From Tegillarca granosa (taxonomy: Eukaryota), in contig CM056605.1 of the NCBI GenBank assembly GCA_029721355.1, positions 4,342,108 to 4,406,107 of the forward strand: 64,000 bases of DNA, given 5' to 3'. Below the pieces are notes generated by a model. The model worked only from the letters and a program-made list of their open reading frames with translations, made no database searches and had not been told where the DNA came from. Position numbers and translations under genes: made by a program. This document shows positions 1-12,769 of this stretch, piece after piece. Every line of letters begins with the position of its first letter. Within the stretch, counting starts at the first letter, position 1.

Positions 1-1336
1 CAAATACTTAATGTATATCTAACAGAAGAATCTCTAAAATAGCAAAATCATGTAAATACATTCAATAACAACCAGCAGATTCCACACATACTACTGGTGC
101 AAAATGGAGAGGGAATATGTAATACGTTGAAAAACTACGATACAAAGAGTTAATAATTCAGTTACTTACAAAAAAATATAAATAATATTTACATTTGCAA
201 TGTTTTTGTTGTATAAAACTGTTTGAATCCAAATATTATGGCGAGTTATTCAGTTTGCTTCACACATATGACAATTAAGGTTATAGCACTACAAACTCTA
301 GTCAGTTCAGTTGTTAATTAACAGCATTACCAGATACACAATATTCTGTTCTTATATGTATGGATATTAAATTATCACACACAATTATAAAGGAACAAAC
401 AACTGACAAAAAAGAAAATTGACATTCCAATGAGGATATAGCTCCCTCAAAGAATATGTAATGTATTAATTAGTAACAGGTTATCTAGAAAGAAAGAAGA
501 GAGACAGGTGGAGGGAAGGGAGATAAATAAAGATGAACTTTATGGTACTTTGTATATGCAGCATTTTTGTAGACACTGAACAAATCTACTAGCTACATTA
601 CATAAGCCTTGTACTGAGTATTTTATTTTCAATGCTTTTCAACCAATAAATAATTGCAATTTAAAAACTAAGCTTTTCACAATAATATACACAAATGAAT
701 TTTGGTAAATTAGCTATCACTGCAGTTACTGGTACCAGCATCATGAGCATGTATGCTACAAAAATTCAGTTTTTATTTCAGAAGTTTTGCATTTATATTA
801 TTCATATAAGACAACAAATATATGAAATAATAATCTACAAATCAATTTCTATCAACTTTATATATGAAGTTGATGTTCTATGAACCTTTTTCACAGCAGT
901 TCTGTCACTCTAATGTGCAGACATTGCTGATAGGAGTTGCTTTAAACAGCCCCAATATTTTTAAATCAAAGGATTTTTATGTAACATGTTATCAACAAAC
1001 AGTTACAAATAAATCAGGATAAATATATGTAATTATTGTTCTTAGTATATACATGTATATAAATATTTAGCATTCTAGATTATCTGTATCTTAAACAGAA
1101 AAAGCTATGTACTTTAATCAACAGGTGAGCTAAAATATATTAAAATTTAAACATCAATATGTATATATACATCATGTAATATTTGATCAACTTAATGCCA
1201 CAAGTTATAAAACAAACATGTCAATATACATATAAGAGTACATAAAATAAACAATCATGATAAAATAAATACAATATATTGCATGTGTGTGTTCATGTGG
1301 AAGTAGGTATGTAAGAGGCATGTACTATGTAAAAAG

Positions 1337-1339
<3 letters not shown>

Positions 1340-1385
<46 letters not shown>
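1340..1385. repeat. (GT)n microsatellite.
   Basis: gtgtgt... run. Confidence 0.95.
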
Positions 1386-1387
<2 letters not shown>

Positions 1388-2924
1388 AAGAAAAAAAGCA
1401 TGTATGTGTGTGCAAGTAACAAAATGTTATGTCAAAAATTTGTTAAAGCATGAAAAACAGAGTTAAAGATTATATATATATGCACACACAAAAAAATAAA
1501 TAAAATAAAAACAAACCAGCAACACAAAAGGATATGAAATATACAATATTAAATAAGTGAGTTATTGTGACCAGATGTTATATGTGACATTTAGTGATTT
1601 TTTTAAAACATCACCTATGGCATTTTACACTGGCTTAGTCATTTATAAATAAAAAATATAAAAAGTTTAATATGAAAAAGGCATTTATGCTTGATTGCAC
1701 TTTGATATTCATTTGAAAAAGGGGGGGGGGTGCAGGAGAAAAGAAAACCCTACTGATTTAACTATGTTATATCCGAGTTCTCACAATGTGATACAACAAT
1801 TGAGAGAGGATAATGAAAATCCTCTATGGGTTATTTTAATGTTGGTTCAACGATTAAGTAGTACCTTTGGTGGTTTTCACATAATTATAACATGATTATC
1901 AACATACCAGCATTTTGGTAAACTTTCTGTCACATCAATTTTCACATGTTTTAAGCATGACAAAAATAACTTACATTTAATACATATATTATGGTTGGGT
2001 AGGTTAAAACTAAATGAAACAACACATTGTAAAAATCCATCTTCAATTTTTTTATAAGCTGAACAGAAACATTTAAGATTTTATGAAATTACAATGTTGT
2101 GTAAAATAATTTGTAGGATTTATACATATTAAACCAAAATATTCCAAAGTCATCAAGCATTAAAATATCACAGTTCTGCCTTCATGATAACATTTAAGCA
2201 AAGAAATTACATATATGATTGACAGGATATATATAACAGGTTGGAACAGTAAACATTAAACTGATCAATAAATACTCATAAAAAAAGACAAATAAAAATA
2301 TTTACTATTTTCAATTTTCCATTGAAAAATCACAAAGACAAAGGCAAATAACATTATTTCATTACATATACTATTTTTTTATGAAATACAAACCAATGTC
2401 TATAAACATAAAATAAATACATATATCTATATTTATCTACATATATATATATTTGCCATTTTAATAATTTATCACATTTTAACATCACAATATAATATTC
2501 AATATTGCACTTTGATTTTGTAATTTTTTAGACAAGGTCTGTTACTCTCAATGAAACAGGTTTTTAAGACCAATCAATGTCTTTGGTTTTCACTAGAGAG
2601 TCTCTCCATGTCAAAAAGTGAATATTACCTAACTGGTCTCCACATACTAGTGAAACAACCTGCCGTCCATCTTGGTCAGTAGATGTTGCTGATATTGTTA
2701 ATGACATCACTGGTGCTGGACAGAAGAAAAGACCAACCTGGAAGAAATTATAATTTGAATTAACTGAAAATTATATATGTGAAGACAAGGCAGGTAGCAA
2801 GGTAGTAGAATACTCAACTACTAACAAAGCTATTGAATGATTAAATGATTGGCACAGGGCATCGGTTTTTAAGGTTTCATCCAAGGACCTCATAACTTTC
2901 ATTTCTAAATACAGTGCTTGGCGA

Positions 2925-3020
2925 AAGAACAGTCACTACCAATTTGCAAGTCTCGGTCAGACTTTGCTAGAGTTCGAACCCTCGACCTCCCACATACAAA
3001 GCAAGCACTCTACAAACTGA
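2925..3020 (-). mobile_element. tRNA-like sequence, probably a SINE head or tRNA pseudogene, on the minus strand next to a (CA)n microsatellite.
   Basis: Reverse complement TGGTAGCTCAGTTTGTAGAGTGCTTGCTTTGTATGTGGGAGGTCGAGGGTTCGAACTCTAGCAAAG has A-box and B-box (GGTTCGAACTC) motifs. No clean cloverleaf or CCA end could be verified by eye. Confidence 0.35.
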
Positions 3021-3133
3021 GCTACCATAGTGGTGAACCAACACAACGTTACAAATAACAGATAATAGTAAATTTCACAAGATAGCTGGTCTGTATGGAT
3101 GCATGATGGTATAATACAACTTTTTACTGTAAC

Positions 3134-3134
<1 letters not shown>

Positions 3135-3180
<46 letters not shown>
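3135..3180. repeat. (CA)n microsatellite.
   Basis: cacaca... run. Confidence 0.95.
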
Positions 3181-3183
<3 letters not shown>

Positions 3184-3240
3184 TACCTGGGGCATAACAA
3201 CAGATCTTCTGCACTTTATGCAGGTGAACTATCAAATAAA

Positions 3241-4929
3241 CAAGAGGCCCAATAGGGCCTGTGATGCTCAACTGGCTGCATATGTAAGACAATGATTGTT
3301 TTTGTTTGTAATGCTGTTTAACGTTCAACTCAAGAATATTTCACTAATACGGAGACTGTCAGTTTTGGAAATGGTGGAGGACACTGGAGTATCGGAGAAA
3401 ACCATGACCATGCAGCAAGTTAACTGACAAACTTTCGCCATGCCATAAACTCAGCTGGGTTTAGCCACTTGAGCTTAAAATGGATCAACAATGGCTATTT
3501 TTTTATATATCTAGTAACAATAGGCATCTTGGACTGGTACAAACTTTTTTCAGGCTGATGTAGGAATCTTCCACACAAAATTTGGTTCCAATTTGCCCAG
3601 TGGTTTTAGAGGAGAAGATTTTTACTAAATATTACACCTTATTTGCATATTTCTTGAAAATTGGGTCAATAAAAATTTTCTCAAAAAAAACCTGTTATAT
3701 ATTTTGAATCCCACACAGTACACTTTCTATATTTAAAATTTGAGCTCAATCGCTGGAAAAAAGAATCCCAATGGCCATTTTTATTTTTTTCTACTTTTAG
3801 TTATGGTGGCCATCTTGGATGTCAGGCGGGGTTGCCTGGTACAAACTTAAGTCAGGCCGACGTAGGGACCTTCCACACAAAATTTCGTTCCAATTGGCAC
3901 AGTTGTTTCAGAGGAGAAGATTTTTACTTCATTTCACAAAATATTGCACCTAATTTGCATAATAAGTGAAAACTGGGTCAACGAAAAAAGACTCGGAAAA
4001 ACGTGTTATATATGTTCAATCCCCAACAATATACTTTCTACATTTCAAATTTGAGCTAAATTGGTGGAAAAATGGATCCACAATGGCCATATTTGTGTAT
4101 TTTCTATTTATAGTAACTGTGGCCATCTTAGATGTCGGGCGGGGTTGCCTGGTACAAACTTTAGTCAGGTCGACATAGAGACCTTCTACTCTAAATTTCA
4201 TTCCAATTGGTCCAGTGGTTTCAGAGAAGATTATCAAAGATTTCACAGAATATTGCACCTAATTTGCATCATAAGTGAAAATTGGGTCAATGAAAAAAGA
4301 CTCAGAAAAACCTGTAACATATGTTGAATCCCCCACAATATACTTTCTACATTTCCAATTAGAGCTAAATCGGTGGAAAAATGGAACTACAATAGCCATT
4401 TTTGTGTTTTTCTATTTATAGTAATGGCAGCCATCTTGGATGTCGGGCGGGGTTGTCTGGTAAAAACTGTAGTCAGGCCCAGGTAGGGATCAACCACACG
4501 AAATTTCGTTCCAATTGGCCCAGTGGTTTCAGAGGAGAAGATTTTCAAAGATTTCGCTAAATATTGCACCTTATTTGCATAATTCGTAAAAATTGGGTCA
4601 ATAAAAAATTTCTCACTAAAACCCGTTACATATGTTGAATCCCCCCACTATATACTTTTTTCATTTCAAATTTGAGCTTTAATTGGTGGAAAAATGAATC
4701 CATAATGGCCATTTTTGTGTTTTATCTATTTATAGTAACGGCGGCCATCTTGGATGTCAGGCAGGGTTGTCTGGTACAAACTTTAGTCAGGCCGAGGTAG
4801 GGACCTTCCACACCAAATTTGGATTCCGATTGGCCCAGTGGTTTCAGAGGAGAAGACCAAAGTTTACGCACGTACGCACCACGATTCGCACTGCCAAGCT
4901 TCAGCTGCTATGCCAGTTGAGCTAAAAAA
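3241..4929. mobile_element. Non-autonomous TIR/foldback element (MITE- or Helentron/HINE-like), variant copy carrying about four internal 370-bp tandem units.
   Basis: Starts CAAGAGGCCCAATAGGGCC...GCTCAACTGGC and ends GCCAGTTGAGCTAAAAAAG, so the termini are inverted. The interior at 3445-4870 is a roughly 370-bp tandem repeat x4 (GGCCATCTTGGATGTCAGGCGGGGTTGCCTGGTAC...). Confidence 0.5.
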
Positions 4930-7595
4930 GCCTTAAGAACTTAAAACAAATTAAGTTCTTATAAGACTATTCATTGTTGACATTGTATTACATTGTATTA
5001 GGCAGTAAAACTCCACTTATAAACTGAATCTGGAAGAACTCCAAATCATCTAAGACAATTGATAGCAATTACCAGTTATCAGACTGACATTAGAAAAAGC
5101 TCAGACTTTTAAGAAAGGCAATATAAATAAACAATTGTACATGAATGATTCTTCCCAAGGGTACCAGTCAAATGAAATAAATAAGGAAGTTGTAAAATGT
5201 AATACAAAGACAAGAGTTTTACCAGCATATTCTATTGGTCTGTTCTAAAACAGTTAATCTGTTTTTAATATGATTCAGGAAAACAGAAAACGGTCTTCCG
5301 AGGTCTAATTAAATCAGAAAACGGTCTTCAAGGTCAAACTAATTAAGTAATTGTTCATGTCATATCGGGCTCAATCCAAACATGTTACAATGAAGTTAAT
5401 ATAAAACTAAAGTTGGTACACTAACAACATTTTGAAACATATAAACCAAAATCCTAACTGATGAACAGAAATAGCAAGATGTACAATTCTTTATCTAAAT
5501 TTTACAAGATGTACAATTCTTTATCTAAATTTATCAAATGGCAAACTGAGAATGTTTTTGCTTCTAAATCATCTTCACATGAAATTAGTGCATACTCAAT
5601 CATAACTTAACTTTTGTTCAAAAGAATATATTCTTTGAGGGTTATTTTGATAAAAGAATAATGCTTTATGTATTTTATGGCCAAGTTTATTGAGCAGTTA
5701 CCCATGAATCCTAAACCATAATCAGCAATGCCTCATACACATACTCAGTATATGTACAACATTTCAACTACTGGCACTTTAATTTTAAACAAGAATTCCA
5801 CAGATTTAATTGTCTCGCCTAGTTAGTTTTTGATTGAGTAGAAAATACATTACTTTAACATAAAGTTTCACATTTTGACATGCCCATGACGACGACATAA
5901 AAGAAACACCTAAGTCTCGCCTTATGGCAATGCCAGGCTCGACAAAAATGGTCAAATATATTTATCTAGTAATGGCATGGCTTAATCTGCTTTTTTTCTA
6001 AATAGTGACACCAGTCACAAATCGCTGATTTTTCTAATTGTTCCTAAATTGCTAAATATTTTGATTTTTTAAAATTAAAAACTAACATGAAATAAATTTT
6101 CTAATTTCCTTTTATTACCAAAATTTAGTGTCTATCACTACAAAGGGTGTCAGTTTAATAGATATAGAGGACACACCATAATCAAAAACATAACTATTTC
6201 ATATACATCATGATCAACAAAGGAAAAGATATATTATTAAAAAAGGGAAAAATAAATTACGAACAGGTTTCTTTATCACAATAGAGAAAATTAGGAAATA
6301 TTTAGTTATTTGAGTAAGAAATGAGAATTGCAGATTAAGCAATTACTAGCCAAAATATTTCATAGTTGAGAATATTCAAGGAAAATATTAAGCATAAATG
6401 AATATGGTTAATGGTTTAACCATATATACTGATAGTTCTGGTTCAAATCTGAATGACACCTTCAGTAAGAGAGAATTTATAGCATAAATGTTGAGTTATA
6501 AGGGAGACAACCCCATGTATTAAAATAAGTTGATGCATTCTTTTGTTTTACAAGAAAGTTTTTTTTATGACAAGTTGTATTTATTATCTATGTCAGAACC
6601 TTTGGGAACTATGCAATGTCAGCTAAGATAGAATCACATAAGAATTGACATCATGTTTGGTAATGTCAAGAAGGGGTATGAATGCTAATAAAGCACACAC
6701 AAACTACATAATCTGAAGGACATGAATTGAAAACAACAACTGAAAATATACTGATTTCATTTTCAATTTTTTTTGTGTGATCCTGTTGTCATCAAATGTG
6801 ATATAATATAACTACAAGTTCTTTTCTGAAATAATAAGTGGTATAAACAAGTGAGTTTAATAAGGGTTCATATAGTACAAAACATTGGCTATTGTAAATA
6901 TAAGGGAGACAACTCCAAGTACAAAAATATTTTTGAACTGTATAATAAATAGGTATGTTATATAAAGTTTTATTAAATCTATATAGGAACCCCTTTGGAA
7001 ATTGAAATATGCCTTAAAAAAGAAAGGCTTTGATGGAAAAGTGGTTCAGGAATTAGTGGGTTCAACCCAAACAGCCATACGCTAAAAAGTGATTTTATCT
7101 GGTCTTTGTACTTTACTGATTTGCTTTGTGCTTATATCAAGTGGAATTATGTTGTTAATGAATAATATATATATATATTAATGATGAAATAATAAATGAT
7201 GCAAAGTCACATTTAATTTAAATAGGTGGGTTAAAATTTGTGACAAGGAAGTGCACATTTTATGATAAAATCTAAATAAGGAAGTATGAAAAGATGGCAG
7301 TAATTGTATATACTTTACAGAATTATAAATTATAGTTCTTGTATAAGTGTAAGAAGAAATATGAGTTGTCATATCCTAAACTAACTTATTGACAGTCAGG
7401 TTCAGTCAATTTTCTACTATTCTAATTTCCAATGTTTCTACAGATCTAGGTATTTAGGGATTTTCATGGTTAGAATGTTTTTATGTCAGGAAAAGAAATG
7501 ACTTCACCACACAATTTTTTATGTAAGGCTTAAAGATGAAGTTAACACAACATCATAAACTACATTTGATAAATAGAATAAACACCAACAGTATA

Positions 7596-7808
7596 GGGTT
7601 ATTGAACTGATATTGTGAAATATTGTCCTGAGTCTACCAGGGATAATATTTCACAATATCAGTTCAATAACCCTTTTATTATATAGCAAAATATATTTCT
7701 TCTGCTTCACACATGTATTTCATCTAAAAATACCATTTTTGTCTAAAAATACACAAATATTGCACTAGTTCTTGTATATTGATATAAGAACTAGTGCAAT
7801 ATCATTTT
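7596..7808. repeat. Two perfect hairpins about 85 bp apart. One has 28-bp arms with an 18-bp loop at 7596-7675. The other has about 22-bp arms with a 3-bp loop at 7760-7808.
   Basis: First hairpin: GTTATTGAACTGATATTGTGAAATATT / GTCCTGAGTCTACCAGGG / AATATTTCACAATATCAGTTCAATAAC. Second hairpin: AATATTGCACTAGTTCTTGTATAT / TGA / TATAAGAACTAGTGCAATAT. Confidence 0.8.
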
Positions 7809-8599
7809 TGGAAAAATAATTTTATTATTTGTCACAATTTCCAGTGTCACTTAGCATTGCATTAAGGTTTCATCAGCATTTAAAATGTTTTATCACTAAA
7901 TCTGCACCTCTCAGGTCTAAAAAATTTCCCTGCAATACTGAAAAGGTGTTCCATAGGTGCTGTCATGGCTTGAATGGCTAAATACAGTTTGTCCAGTTCA
8001 GCAAGTATATGGAATTTTTGGAATGCTCTTTCCAGTCTTTGCAAGGCTCAATCAAATATTGTGTTACTTCCAATTTCACATTATCACCTTCTGAAATGTA
8101 TCTAGCTTATTTTATACCATTTATCAGTTTCATGCTCCATTGATCAGATAAAAATTGTAAGTAAAGAGCAATTGTTGAATTAAACTACTGCCAAACTAGG
8201 TAAAGCTACACTTTAACAAGTCAACAAATTGGTAAAGTATTATACTAACACTGGTTGCATACATAGGGTTAGTGAAGTGTATAACTTGATGAAGTCAATG
8301 AAGTGTAAATGTGGACTTTGTACTTTATAGGTAGACTCAAGACCCAATCTGAGAAAATTACATATTCTCTGGTACTTCACAACAACAACTGGCTTTAATA
8401 TTTTTATGTCATAAATATGACTGTCAGATGGGCTTATTTATATAACAATCTATTGTTTTATTACATAATGTTTAACATTATAATATGAAATTCATTTTTC
8501 ATTTTATCTAAGCTTATATAATTAAATTTTAAAGACAACTTCATCAAATGAGAAAATAACTTAAAGCAAATTTTGCTTTTTAATTTCTTCAAAAACAGG

Positions 8600-9890
8600 G
8601 TCAAATAACACACATTAAAAGTAGTTTGTTCTAGATTACGTCACACTGGCACATGAGTGTGTGCAGCTAATTTACGTTCACGTCACTGAGAAATGACATA
8701 AATGTTTTTTGCTTTTCAACCAATGAAATTGTAAGAAATTTGTCAAATTTAATTACTACCTGATGACGCACAATAAAAGAAGTTTGTTCTAGATAACGCC
8801 ACTCTGATATTGGAGTGGCTGCAGCTTATCTACATTTGAGTCATTGAAAAATGACATCAAAGTATTTTGGCTTTTCAACCAATGAAATTGCAAGAAATTT
8901 GTCAAATTTAATTACTACCTGATGACGCACAATAAAAGAAGTTTGTTCTAGATAATGCCACTCTGATATTGGAGTGGCTGCAGCTTATCTACATTTGAGT
9001 CATTGAAAAATGACATCAAAGTATTTTGGCTTTTCAACCAATGAAATTGTAAGAAATTTGTCAAATTTAATTACTACCTGATGACGCACAATAAAAGAAG
9101 TTTGTTCTAGATAATGCCACTCTGATATTGGAGTGGCTGCAGCTTATCTACATTTGAGTCATTGAAAAATGACATCAAAGTATTTTGGCTTTTCAACCAA
9201 TGAAATTGCAAGAAATTTGTCAAATTTAATTACTACCTGATGATGCACAATAAAAGAAGTTTGTTCTAGATAATGCCACTCTGATATTGGAGTGGCTGCA
9301 GCTTATCTACATTTGAGTCATTGAAAAATGACATCAAAGTATTTTGGCTTTTCAACCAATGAAATTGTAAGAAATTTGTAAAACTTAGATTATTACCTGA
9401 TGACGCACAATAAAAGAAGTTTGTTCTAGATAATGCCACTCTGATATTGGAGTGGCTGCAGCTTATCTACATTTGAGTCATTGAAAAATGACATCAAAGT
9501 ATTTTGGCTTTTCAACCAATGAAATTGTAAGAAATTTGTAAAACTTAGATTACTACCTGATGACGCACAATAAAAGAAGTTTGTTCTAGATAATGCCACT
9601 CTGATATTGGAGTGGCTGCAGCTTATCTACATTTGAGTCATTGAAAAATGACATCAAAGTATTTTGGCTTTTCAACCAATGAAATTGTAAGAAATTTGTA
9701 AAACTTAGATTATTACCTGATGACGCACAATAAAAGAAGTTTGTTCTAGATAATGCCACTCTGATATTGGAGTGGCTGCAGCTTATCTACATTTGAGTCA
9801 TTGAAAAATGACATCAAAGTATTTTGGCTTTTCAACCAATGAAATTGTAAGAAATTTGTAAAACTTAGATTATTACCTGATGAAATATAA
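8600..9890. repeat. Satellite of about 8 copies of a roughly 160-bp unit downstream of the gene's 3' end. Each unit holds an internal palindrome GCCACTCTGATATTGGAGTGGC and a CCAATGAAA motif.
   Basis: The unit GTTCTAGATAATGCCACTCTGATATTGGAGTGGCTGCAGCTTATCTACATTTGAGTCATTGAAAAATGACATCAAAGTATTTTGGCTTTTCAACCAATGAAATTGTAAGAAATTTGT.AAA.TTA.ATTA.TACCTGATGACGCACAATAAAAGAAGTTT repeats with over 95% identity. The first copy is diverged. Confidence 0.9.
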
Positions 9891-10096
9891 AACTGTATGA
9901 TTGTAAATAAACAAAAAAAGCAATGACCAAAAAAGAGCCGTCTATAAATCAGTGTAGTTAATTTGCATTATTTTGTGTCTAGTCTATCAAGAAACAAAAA
10001 ACCTGTACAGCAAAATAAGGCCTGTGGTCAATTCATTTGAGACTTAACTACACATTATGTGGAAACATAATTTAGTTCCAAAAGCTTCAGTAGAAC

Positions 10097-10183
10097 TTAA
10101 TCTGTCAATACATTAAGCAACATCAGTTGTAGCTTTAAAAGATTAGATTCTCCAAGAAACATCTCATCACAGCAACTCTGCCT
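10097..10183 (-). CDS. TEP1: Exon 56, candidate terminal exon ending in TAA.
   Basis: Acceptor ttttcttttggattgttag|AGG in phase 0 gives RQSCCDEMFLGESNLLKLQLMLLNVLTD*. Similarity to the human C-terminus (LLGLFRCEGSVSCLEPW...) is weak. No clear polyadenylation signal was seen. Confidence 0.25.
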   Translation of the reverse strand, partial: RQSCCDEMFLGESNLLKLQLMLLNVLTD

Positions 10184-10384
10184 CTAACAATCCAAAAGAA
10201 AATGTTAGGAAAATGTGTGTTACATATGATAAATGACTAAAAGATGGAAAGACAAAATTACACTGGGAAATGTATTTATCTTCTTCCTTGTTAGTTGGGG
10301 ATGTAAAAATTTATTTCTCTTACCTATTTTTTTTTTTATTATTTATACAATGCATATACAATTACAATAAATTGACTTCCTTAC

Positions 10385-10486
10385 CTGTTTCAAGTTGCTG
10401 TCCCAAACTTTAATTGTCTGGTCATGCGACCCTGTAAATATCAAGCTTCCTGTAGACTGTATACATGATACTGGGCCAGCATGTAT
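10385..10486 (-). CDS. TEP1: Exon 55, last WD40 repeat.
   Basis: Acceptor tattgtttcag|ATA, donor CAG|GTAAGG. Peptide IHAGPVSCIQSTGSLIFTGSHDQTIKVWDSNLKQ, compared with human IHSGSVTALHVLPELLVTASKDRDVKLWERPSMQ. Confidence 0.85.
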
Positions 10487-10606
10487 CTGAAACAATAAAC
10501 AAAAATTCACTATGACAATAGTAAAAAGTTGAAGACTAAACACCAATGTTGGATAGGGAATAATAACATCATGTACGCTATAAAGATTGCTTCTTAAGTA
10601 ACAGTT

Positions 10607-10750
10607 ATAGCTGTGAATTGATAGCTGTAACAAAGACCAAAAAGACCAAATATTGATAGCTGTAACAAAGACCAAAAAGACCAAATATTGATAGCTGTAA
10701 CAAAGACCAAAAAGACCAAATATTGATAGCTGTAACAAAGACCAAATGTT
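10607..10750. repeat. Four copies of a 35-bp unit, TATTGATAGCTGTAACAAAGACCAAAAAGACCAAA.
   Basis: Direct tandem repeat in the intron between exons 54 and 55. Confidence 0.8.
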
Positions 10751-11209
10751 TAAATTGATGTATACTTTCACCTTTGTACCATGAATCACACAAACAAATT
10801 GTATAAATGAAAAACTAAATTACAGGCATAAATTAGGCAAATAATAATGACAAATACTGAGATATTTGACATGATTCTATATCAGGACATTAGTAGCTGT
10901 AAATCTGTCAGTTGCTACAAGGTATTTTATATCAATAGCTGAAATAATTCTAGCACTGTCTTTACCATAATATAATTAAGTGTTACCTGTGTAAACCAAA
11001 CCTGAGTAAATACAAAACATGTCTATATTCACTAATTAGTACATATCAAGACTATTTTTTGTTTAATACAACTAGGGGTGGTGGTGTTGGAGGACGAAAT
11101 TCTAAAAGATTCATTGATTTTCCATAAAAACCAACTGGACCCCAGTATAAGAATTTCACCATTTAACTTTGTCAACAGATGAAACCAACTAACCAACAAT
11201 TCAACAGAA

Positions 11210-11700
11210 GTGGAGCCCAAACTATGTCAACAGATGTAACCAACAGTTCCACAGAGGTGAAGCCTTAACACTTCACCATGTCAACAGGTGAAAGCAACAG
11301 TTCAACAAAAGAACCCCAAACATCAGTAGTTAAAAACAACCGTTCTACAGAAGTAAAGCTCTAATATCTTACCATGTCACCAGTTAAAACTAACAGGTCT
11401 ACAGAGGTAAAGCTCCAACATTTTACCATGTCAGCAGTTGAAAACAACAGTTCTAGAGAGATAAAAGCTCCAACATTTTACCATCAGAAGTTAAATCCAA
11501 CAGTTTTACATAGGTAAAGCTCCAATATGTTATCATGTCAGCAGTTGAAAGCAAAGATTCTACAGAGGTAACGCTCCAACATTTTACCATGTCAGCAGTC
11601 TGAAAGCAAGAGTTTAATAGCAGTAGAACTCCAACATTTTACCATGTCAGCAGTTAAAAGCAAGAGTTTAACAGCAGTCAAGTTCCAACATTTACCATTT
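11210..11700. repeat. About 8 tandem copies of a roughly 60-bp unit (TTTTACCATGTCAGCAGTTGAAAACAACAGTTCTACAGAGGTAAAGCTCCAACA), ending 30 bp from the exon 54 donor.
   Basis: Direct repeats are visible. On the minus strand each unit contains CATG|GTAAAATG, a donor-like motif. Confidence 0.8.
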
Positions 11701-11730
11701 TTATAAGTAAAAATAACAAACAAATCATAC

Positions 11731-11931
11731 CTTCCTTGTTAGTTCTAATGTCAAAGCGGTATCAAATTGGGTTATCTGCCCTTTAGAATCAACAGCATAA
11801 CATTTTTTACCACTTCCTGCCACATCCAGTACAAATGTAGGTGTTCTTTTTGGTGGAGGGATGTCTTTGTCAACTACATCAGTAGATACTTTATTTACTT
11901 TGAGGAATTTTGGCTTATTAACCCCCTTACC
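11731..11931 (-). CDS. TEP1: Exon 54, C-terminal region.
   Basis: Acceptor tatttacag|GGT, donor AAG|GTATGA. Peptide GKGVNKPKFLKVNKVSTDVVDKDIPPPKRTPTFVLDVAGSGKKCYAVDSKGQITQFDTALTLELTRK. Its length of 201 nt fits phase 0 to 0. Confidence 0.65.
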
Positions 11932-12436
11932 CTGTAAATATAAGAAATAAAAATTATTTACCCTTAAAATATTAGAATAAAATGCTATGATTTATCCTGT
12001 AAATATTGAATTATGTATTCAGAAATCAAACAAAACTAAATACAAATCACTGGGTAATTAAAATCTATTGTTATCTAATGCAATTTGCTGCATTACCCTA
12101 TTACATAAAACATGATTTGTATCACAACTAACATGAAAGGTAAATTTTGCCTAAACCAATAGTCAGAATTGCAATTTTAGGTTAGTTTCTTGTCCAAAAT
12201 AAAGCCAAAATATGGTGGAAAAAAGGCAGTTCATTCATCAAAGATAAGATTATCTGGAAAACATTTATGTTAAAAAACAGTATTCAATAGGGTTACTAAT
12301 TCTCTAATAAATTATGTGAATCAAAGAGTTTGTTTGACAATAAAAAGGCTAAAAAATCATAATCGTATTTATAAATTTTCACTTCTGATTTATACACAAC
12401 TGCTTCCAGACTTCTGTTCTTGAAGGATATAATTAC

Positions 12437-12551
12437 CTCAAAAACAGGTGCTATATCCCAAAGCATGACACTACCATTAGCTGTAGTGGAGCACAGGTAA
12501 CCATTCCAAAATCTTATCTTCAACATCCAGTCTGACTGTGATGCAGGTACA
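12437..12551 (-). CDS. TEP1: Exon 53, WD40.
   Basis: Acceptor tttatttctgatttcag|T, donor GAG|GTAATT. Peptide GVPASQSDWMLKIRFWNGYLCSTTANGSVMLWDIAPVFE. Confidence 0.75.
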
Positions 12552-12769
12552 CTGAAATCAGAAATAAAAAGGGTTCTGAAATATATATGATCAACCAGAA
12601 ATATATATGTTACCCTTATTATCAGAAAGAATAATAACCTATCTTCATTGTAGAATTTTATCTTGTTGGTCTCTCTAAACCCTTCAATGAACATATGATA
12701 GTAAGCAACTTGATGTCACATAGCATTGTATGATTACTAGAACTGCATATAAACAACAGTAAAAATAAT

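Noticed and set aside
2957-3328. 123-aa minus-strand ORF.
   Set aside because: It spans a (CA)n microsatellite, which contributes CVCVCVCV, and a tRNA-like SINE head. It has no coding features.
3966-4569. Several 60-90-aa ORFs on both strands.
   Set aside because: They lie inside the 370-bp tandem repeats of a MITE-like element. Their frames are not conserved between repeat copies.
1-10000. A search for a second gene downstream of the TEP1 3' end, including ORFs 695..883, 1695..1895 and 7178..7372.
   Set aside because: These are short AT-rich ORFs with no splice-consistent structure and no recognisable domains. The region is dominated by microsatellites, hairpins, a SINE-like segment and the 160-bp satellite.
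10343-10789. 148-aa minus-strand ORF.
   Set aside because: Only 10385-10486 is exon (the last WD40 repeat). The rest is intronic read-through across a 35-bp tandem repeat.
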